Shown here: positions 59,082-64,000 of the stretch, piece by piece
How positions within the stretch are numbered: the stretch's first letter is position 1
Layout of the letters: each line of letters opens with the position of its first letter
From: Bacteroidota bacterium
GTDB lineage: Bacteria; Bacteroidota; Bacteroidia; Sphingobacteriales; Sphingobacteriaceae
Assembly: GCA_013288485.1 (NCBI GenBank)
Contig: JABDBW010000001.1
Span: 8,923-72,922, forward strand
DNA length: 64,000 bases
Direction of reading: 5' to 3'
Position numbers and translations under genes: made by a program
The notes under the pieces: model-generated
The model's database searches: none
Seen by the model: the letters and a program-made list of their open reading frames with translations, nothing else
Told to the model about the DNA's origin: nothing

Positions 59082-59933
59082 ATGACTAATGACCCTAATA
59101 TAGAATATCAAAACGGCCCCCGTCGGGGGAAAGTTTTAGCCGGCCTCGTATTGCTCGCGGTTGGCGCATCGTTGCTGTTAAGGCAATTTGATTATTTCTT
59201 TTTCCCCCACTGGATAGTTAGCTGGCCCATGTGGTTAATTGTATGGGGATTGTATAGCGGCGCCCGCCATAATTTCCGTAATTCGGCATGGGCAATTATG
59301 GTAATTATTGGCGTTGCTTTTTTGCTTGACCGCATTATACCCGGATTTAACGCCAGCGCCATTTTTTGGCCCATAATAATTATTGCATTTGGCATTTATT
59401 TAATATTAAGACGTAACCATCCTGCTGATTATTGGGATAAAAAAAGCTGGAAAAGAAAATGGGATTATGGCAAATACAACTTTAATAACCCAAACCCTGC
59501 AAACCCAAACGAGCCTGTAGTTGATTATACCACAACCGGTACTGCGCCTAATGACCCGGCAACTCCCCCAAACCCCGGCACTAATTATACCGGCGACGAT
59601 CATTTGGATGCAGTGTCAATATTTGGCGGTGTAAAAAAGATCATCTTTTCAAAGAATTTCCAGGGAGGCGATATCGTAAACATATTTGGCGGCTCGGAAC
59701 TTGATTTTACGCAAGCCGATATTACCGGCCGCGTTTATATTGATGTGACCCAGGTATTTGGCGGTACTAAAATAATTGTTCCGTCGCATTGGATGGTCAT
59801 ATCAGATATGGCAGCCGTATTTGCAGGTTTTGATGATAAACGTATTAGAACCTCGGCTCCGCTGGACAATAATAAGGTATTGGTTTTAAAAGGAATATCA
59901 ATTTTTGCAGGCGTAGATATACGCAGCTATTAA
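59082..59933 (+). CDS. LiaF-like membrane protein (DUF5668 + DUF2154-type C-terminus)
   Basis: Four TM with WP motifs, C-terminal IFGG repeats; ATG 59082. Confidence 0.85.
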   Translation: MTNDPNIEYQNGPRRGKVLAGLVLLAVGASLLLRQFDYFFFPHWIVSWPMWLIVWGLYSGARHNFRNSAWAIMVIIGVAFLLDRIIPGFNASAIFWPIIIIAFGIYLILRRNHPADYWDKKSWKRKWDYGKYNFNNPNPANPNEPVVDYTTTGTAPNDPATPPNPGTNYTGDDHLDAVSIFGGVKKIIFSKNFQGGDIVNIFGGSELDFTQADITGRVYIDVTQVFGGTKIIVPSHWMVISDMAAVFAGFDDKRIRTSAPLDNNKVLVLKGISIFAGVDIRSY

Positions 59934-59953
59934 TACCAATAAAATCATCAATT

Positions 59954-60988
59954 TTGGCGGCATCAAATTTAACATTTTCAAAATTACGCTGGGCATTCGT
60001 GGCCTGCGGGCTGGCATGGACCAGCCTGCAGACCTACATTATACACGGTTTTGGATTTGGCTGGTACACCGCCTTAACTGATAGCCTGGTAAGTTCTATA
60101 TTGCTTACTGCCGCCTGCTGGCTCATTAATAATAATCTGCGCTACTACCAGCCCGGTAAGGGCAGCTATATTAATATATTGATATGGTGCGTGGCGTTAG
60201 CCGCCAGTTGTACCGCCGGTTGCCGTTATATACTTCCATATTTAAATACGGGGTCGGTATATTTCAATTTTATGGCGCAGTCGCTAGTGATAAGGTTTTT
60301 TACTGATTTTTTGGCTATCGGGTGGATGGCCATGATCAGTATGATATGGTACTCGCAAATTGACCAGAAAGAAAATGAAAAACGTAAGCTCGAGGCCGAA
60401 AAACTGGCGCGTGATGCCGAATTATACAACCTTAGGCAGCAGCTACAGCCACACTTTCTATTCAACAGCTTAAACTCCATCAACGCCCTCATAGGCTTTA
60501 AGCCCGATGAGGCGCGTAAAATGATACACCAGCTATCCGATTTTTTGCGGGGCACCTTGAAAAAAGATGACCAGCAGCAGGTTACTTTAAATGAAGAATT
60601 GCAGCATTTGAACTTATATTTGGATATAGAGAAGGTCCGTTTTGGCCACCGCTTAAAAACCGAAATAAGCTGCGATGAAAAATGCGGCGAAAGTATTTTG
60701 CCTGCTATGATACTGCAGCCATTGGTTGAAAATGCCATTAAATTTGGCCTGTACGATACTACCGAGGAGGTAGTGGTAAGCATAAGAGGTGAATTGGAGG
60801 GCAATTACCTCGAACTTATTGTGCAAAACCCCTTCGACCCGAAAACTTCAAGGCCCCGCCAGGGTACAGGTTTTGGCTTGAGTGCGGTGCAGCGCCGGTT
60901 ATATTTACTTTTCGGGCGCAACGACTTGATGGAAACTCATGCAAATGATAATATATTTACAACCATTATTAAAATTCCGCAGTTATGA
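59954..60988 (+). CDS. LytS-type sensor histidine kinase
   Basis: QLQPHFLFNSLN, EKVRFG, QPLVENAIKFG, GTGFGL. Confidence 0.94.
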   Translation: MAASNLTFSKLRWAFVACGLAWTSLQTYIIHGFGFGWYTALTDSLVSSILLTAACWLINNNLRYYQPGKGSYINILIWCVALAASCTAGCRYILPYLNTGSVYFNFMAQSLVIRFFTDFLAIGWMAMISMIWYSQIDQKENEKRKLEAEKLARDAELYNLRQQLQPHFLFNSLNSINALIGFKPDEARKMIHQLSDFLRGTLKKDDQQQVTLNEELQHLNLYLDIEKVRFGHRLKTEISCDEKCGESILPAMILQPLVENAIKFGLYDTTEEVVVSIRGELEGNYLELIVQNPFDPKTSRPRQGTGFGLSAVQRRLYLLFGRNDLMETHANDNIFTTIIKIPQL

Positions 60989-61725
60989 TACGTGCATTAA
61001 TAATTGATGATGAGCCTTTGGCCCGTATGGTTGTACAAGAATATTTGCAGGGTTTCCCACAGATTGAAGTTATACAGGAATGCGGCGATGGCTTTGAGGG
61101 CCTCAAAGCCATACAACAGCACCAGCCAGACCTGGTATTTTTAGATGTGCAAATGCCTAAAATAAACGGCTTCGAGATGCTGGAGCTGGTTGACGAGCAG
61201 CCCGCCGTAATTTTCACCACCGCGTTTGATGAATATGCTATAAAAGCCTTCGAGGCCCACGCTACCGATTACCTGCTGAAACCATTTAGCAAGGAGCGGT
61301 TTAACAAGGCTATTGAAAAATACCTGGCACAGGTTCCCGGCGCCGCCAAGCCAAAGCGTGAAAGCCTGCCCGAAACCGCCGCAGCTTCGCCTGCCCAACA
61401 TGAGCGTATTGTAGTAAAAACCGGTACCAAAGTAAAAATTATTCCGGTGGCCGATGTGCAATACCTGCAAGCCGATGATGATTATGTAAGTGTATTTACC
61501 CACGAAGGCTCGTACCTTAAAAATAAAACCATGAGCTTTTTTGAGCAAACTTTGGATGCCCGGCAGTTTGTACGCGTGCACCGCAGCTATATGGTAAGCG
61601 TGCAGGAAATAACCCGCATAGACCCTTACGAAAAAGATAGCCACCTGGCCATCCTAAAATCGGGCGCTAAAATACCGGTAAGCAAAACCGGGTATGTAAA
61701 GCTAAAACAAGTTTTGGGGATATAG
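60985..61725 (+). CDS. LytTR response regulator
   Basis: IIDDE, FLDVQMP, DYLLKP, FVRVHRSY, IPVSK. Confidence 0.95.
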   Translation: MIRALIIDDEPLARMVVQEYLQGFPQIEVIQECGDGFEGLKAIQQHQPDLVFLDVQMPKINGFEMLELVDEQPAVIFTTAFDEYAIKAFEAHATDYLLKPFSKERFNKAIEKYLAQVPGAAKPKRESLPETAAASPAQHERIVVKTGTKVKIIPVADVQYLQADDDYVSVFTHEGSYLKNKTMSFFEQTLDARQFVRVHRSYMVSVQEITRIDPYEKDSHLAILKSGAKIPVSKTGYVKLKQVLGI

Positions 61726-61830
61726 GCGCTATTCAACGTATTTTTAACTTTTGTCCGTCCGCTTTACACCACTACTCCCCTCGGACATCCCGAACACTTT
61801 TCATTTTCCATTTGCATATTTCAACTATCA

Positions 61831-61846
61831 ATCGTAATATTGCGAT
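61831..61846. promoter_or_regulatory. Putative ArsR operator 1
   Basis: Imperfect palindrome ATCGTAATATTGCGAT just before arsR ATG. Confidence 0.7.
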
Positions 61847-61849
61847 ATA

Positions 61850-62179
61850 ATGGGATTAACCAAAACAGAAATATTTACCTGTGAGCAAAATAAGCTTGCG
61901 CTGATGCTTAAAGCAATGGCGCATCCCGCCCGTATTGCCATATTACAGCACATCATCAATGCCAACGCCTGTATTTGCGGTGACCTGGTTGACGAACTTG
62001 GCCTGGCGCAGGCTACCATATCGCAACATTTAAAAGAACTGAAAAACGCCGGGTTAATACAGGGCACAATTGAGGGCGCGAGCGTTTGCTATTGTATTGA
62101 GCCTGCTGCATGGCAATTATTAAATACTGAACTAAGCAAATTTTTCGGCTCGTATTCTGATCCGAAAGGCTGCTGTTAA
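61850..62179 (+). CDS. arsR: ArsR/SmtB repressor
   Basis: AHPARIAIL, CICGDL, ISQHLKELKNAGLI, C-terminal CC. Confidence 0.93.
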   Translation: MGLTKTEIFTCEQNKLALMLKAMAHPARIAILQHIINANACICGDLVDELGLAQATISQHLKELKNAGLIQGTIEGASVCYCIEPAAWQLLNTELSKFFGSYSDPKGCC

Positions 62180-62197
62180 AAAAATTTGAACACATTA

Positions 62198-62213
62198 ATC
62201 GCAATATTACAAT
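62198..62213. promoter_or_regulatory. Putative ArsR operator 2
   Basis: ATCGCAATATTACAAT, second copy of the palindrome just before the DUF6428-like ATG. Confidence 0.6.
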
Positions 62214-62216
62214 AAT

Positions 62217-62738
62217 ATGGAAACAATAGACTGGAGATCATTTAAAGAAGCACTGGTGAGCAATCCTGAACTGGAGCTGCAATTTCAATATGCCGAAAAT
62301 AAATGGGTAAATGCTGCCTACCATATTACCGAGATCAAGCAGGCGCCCATTATCTCGGTTGATTGTGGCGGGGTAATGAATAGCTGGACCGAAATTATTG
62401 TGCAGTTAATGGAGCCGGAAAACCAGCAACAGTTAAAAGCAATGAAAGTTAATAAGGCATTAACTATTATTGAACTGGTTGAGCGGTCATTACCTTTAAA
62501 CCCATCGGGCATGGTAAAAATTGAATTTGGCAACCGGGATTTTGATACCCGGCAACTGGTCCCTAATGAGATAATAATTAATGGCGATAACCTGGTTATC
62601 GACCTTCGGCCCGATGCCGTGCAATGCAAAGCCATTGATAGGGGAGGGAGTTGTGGTACACCCGTAGCTAAACACAAAACCGAATTAAAAAATTTAGCAG
62701 TCGCGGCCTGTTGTGAGCCTGGCGGCGGTTGCTGTTAA
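62217..62738 (+). CDS. DUF6428-like Cys-rich ars-associated protein
   Basis: YHITEIK…VDCGG, C-terminal CCEPGGGCC. Confidence 0.8.
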   Translation: METIDWRSFKEALVSNPELELQFQYAENKWVNAAYHITEIKQAPIISVDCGGVMNSWTEIIVQLMEPENQQQLKAMKVNKALTIIELVERSLPLNPSGMVKIEFGNRDFDTRQLVPNEIIINGDNLVIDLRPDAVQCKAIDRGGSCGTPVAKHKTELKNLAVAACCEPGGGCC

Positions 62739-63182
62739 TTGTTGGGAATGACTTTTGAAAGCGCAAAAAATTATAAACAACAACTGATTGCTTTACTGGC
62801 AGCGGAGAATTTGCCAACGGCCGACCTCCCGATAAACTTAGCCAACTTTCGGGTTGCAGTACAAAATAGTAAAATAATGGGTGCTATAGGGTTGGAGATT
62901 TATGGCGACTATGGCTTGCTGCGCTCGTTGGCGGTATTGCCGGCATTTCGAAGTAAAGGTGTGGCGAGGCACTTGGTTAGGGATATCGAAATTATGGCCC
63001 ATAAAAAATCGCTTAAAGAAATATACCTGCTTACAGAAACCGCTCCGGATTATTTTGCCCGTAAAGGCTACGAAATTATACCGCGTATAAATGTGCCCGA
63101 GGCAGTACAGCGATCATCCGAGTTTAGTTATGCCTGCCCGCAGTCGGCAATTGTTATGAAGAAAACTTTACATCAATTATGA
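62739..63182 (+). CDS. arsN2: Arsenic-resistance N-acetyltransferase
   Basis: LPTADL, GLLRSLAV, YLLTETA, CPQSA; start TTG 62739 or ATG 62748. Confidence 0.88.
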   Translation: MLGMTFESAKNYKQQLIALLAAENLPTADLPINLANFRVAVQNSKIMGAIGLEIYGDYGLLRSLAVLPAFRSKGVARHLVRDIEIMAHKKSLKEIYLLTETAPDYFARKGYEIIPRINVPEAVQRSSEFSYACPQSAIVMKKTLHQL

Positions 63183-63607
63183 AAAATATATTAGTATTAT
63201 GCACCGGCAATAGTTGCCGCAGCCAGATAGCCGAGGGCTACCTCAGGCATTTTGCAGGCAATAAAGCTACTATTTACAGCGCGGGTATTGAAACCCACGG
63301 CGTAAACCCAAAAGCCATACAAGTAATGGCCGAAGATGGCATCGACATTAGCCACCATTCCTCTAACAATGTGGATGAATATATAAATATCCCGTTCGAT
63401 TATGTAATTACCGTTTGTGACAACGCGAAAGAAAATTGCCCTTATTTCCCTACCAGGGCTCAACGTTTCCACTATAACTTCCCCGACCCGGCAAAAGCTA
63501 CCGGTACACCTGATGAGGTGATGCATGAATTTAGGCGGGTTAGGGATATGATAAAAACCTATGCTGCCGACTTTGTAAAATCTCATTTAAAAGATCAACT
63601 AATATGA
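63179..63607 (+). CDS. arsC: Arsenate reductase (LMW-PTP fold)
   Basis: CTGNSCRSQ, TVCD…CP, FPDPA. Confidence 0.94.
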   Translation: MKNILVLCTGNSCRSQIAEGYLRHFAGNKATIYSAGIETHGVNPKAIQVMAEDGIDISHHSSNNVDEYINIPFDYVITVCDNAKENCPYFPTRAQRFHYNFPDPAKATGTPDEVMHEFRRVRDMIKTYAADFVKSHLKDQLI

Positions 63608-64000
63608 GAAATTACGTTGCAGAATTAATTGGAACATTTGCCCTTGTATTTTGTGGAACCGGGGCAATTATTATCGATCAGCAAACAGGAGGGGTAGTTT
63701 CACATGCAGGGGTTGCCATAACTTTCGGGCTTATTATAATGAGCATGATCTACAGCCTGGGCAATATATCGGGGGCGCATTTAAACCCTGCCGTAAGCAT
63801 TGCTTTTAGCATTGCAAAGCGTTTCCCTTTAAAACAACTTCCCGGTTATATTATTAGCCAGTTAACCGGGGCATTACTGGCAAGTTTTATATTAAAATTT
63901 CTTTTCCCATCCAATGTATTATTGGGTGCAACTATGCCAGCGGGTACAGAACTACAATCGTTTATATTGGAGTTGATATTGACCTTCTTTTTAATGCTCG
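63604..64000 (+). CDS. MIP aquaporin/aquaglyceroporin (partial, runs off window)
   Basis: MRNYVAELIGTFALVFCGTG…ISGAHLNPAVS; ATGA overlap with arsC stop. Confidence 0.92.
   Translation, partial: MRNYVAELIGTFALVFCGTGAIIIDQQTGGVVSHAGVAITFGLIIMSMIYSLGNISGAHLNPAVSIAFSIAKRFPLKQLPGYIISQLTGALLASFILKFLFPSNVLLGATMPAGTELQSFILELILTFFLML

Noticed and set aside
61726-64000. ars operon as part of a mobile element
   Set aside because: No transposase, integrase, terminal repeats or obvious composition shift inside the window

Overview
Chromosomal window of a Bacteroidota genome, very likely Sphingobacteriaceae (Mucilaginibacter/Pedobacter-like, judged from TAnnTTTG promoters, absence of Shine-Dalgarno signals and gene content). 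Most of it is housekeeping and stress genes: Na+/solute symporter, ECF sigma/anti-sigma pair, gltX, Lrp/AsnC regulator, S41 protease, prfA, Ku-LigD NHEJ, MarR-RND-TolC efflux, sucA/sucB, DASH cryptochrome, sodA, tadA, csaA, serS, rsmI, lnt, osmC, ssb, aguB/aguA, a LiaF-LytS-LytTR operon and an ars operon that runs off the right edge. I saw no integrase, transposase, rRNA or CRISPR array. The most striking unexplained signal is a self-contained non-coding transcript (about 9150-9520) divergent from the Lrp/AsnC gene. It carries two tandem 112/116-nt tRNA-like RNAs (GUC anticodon, 40-44-nt branched variable arm, compensatory base changes), then a UUUAGGUU-containing trailer and a terminator. A second candidate sRNA with the same UUUAGGUU core lies behind a sigma54-type promoter at about 2430-2540 (- strand). 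Other observations: several unannotated small membrane ORFs, an A9 frameshift splitting an M61 peptidase, a degenerate ApbE, matched ECF promoters, duplicated ArsR operators, and abundant 7-8-nt inverted tandem repeats, one of which sits inside gltX. All product calls come from motif recognition by eye, not database searches.
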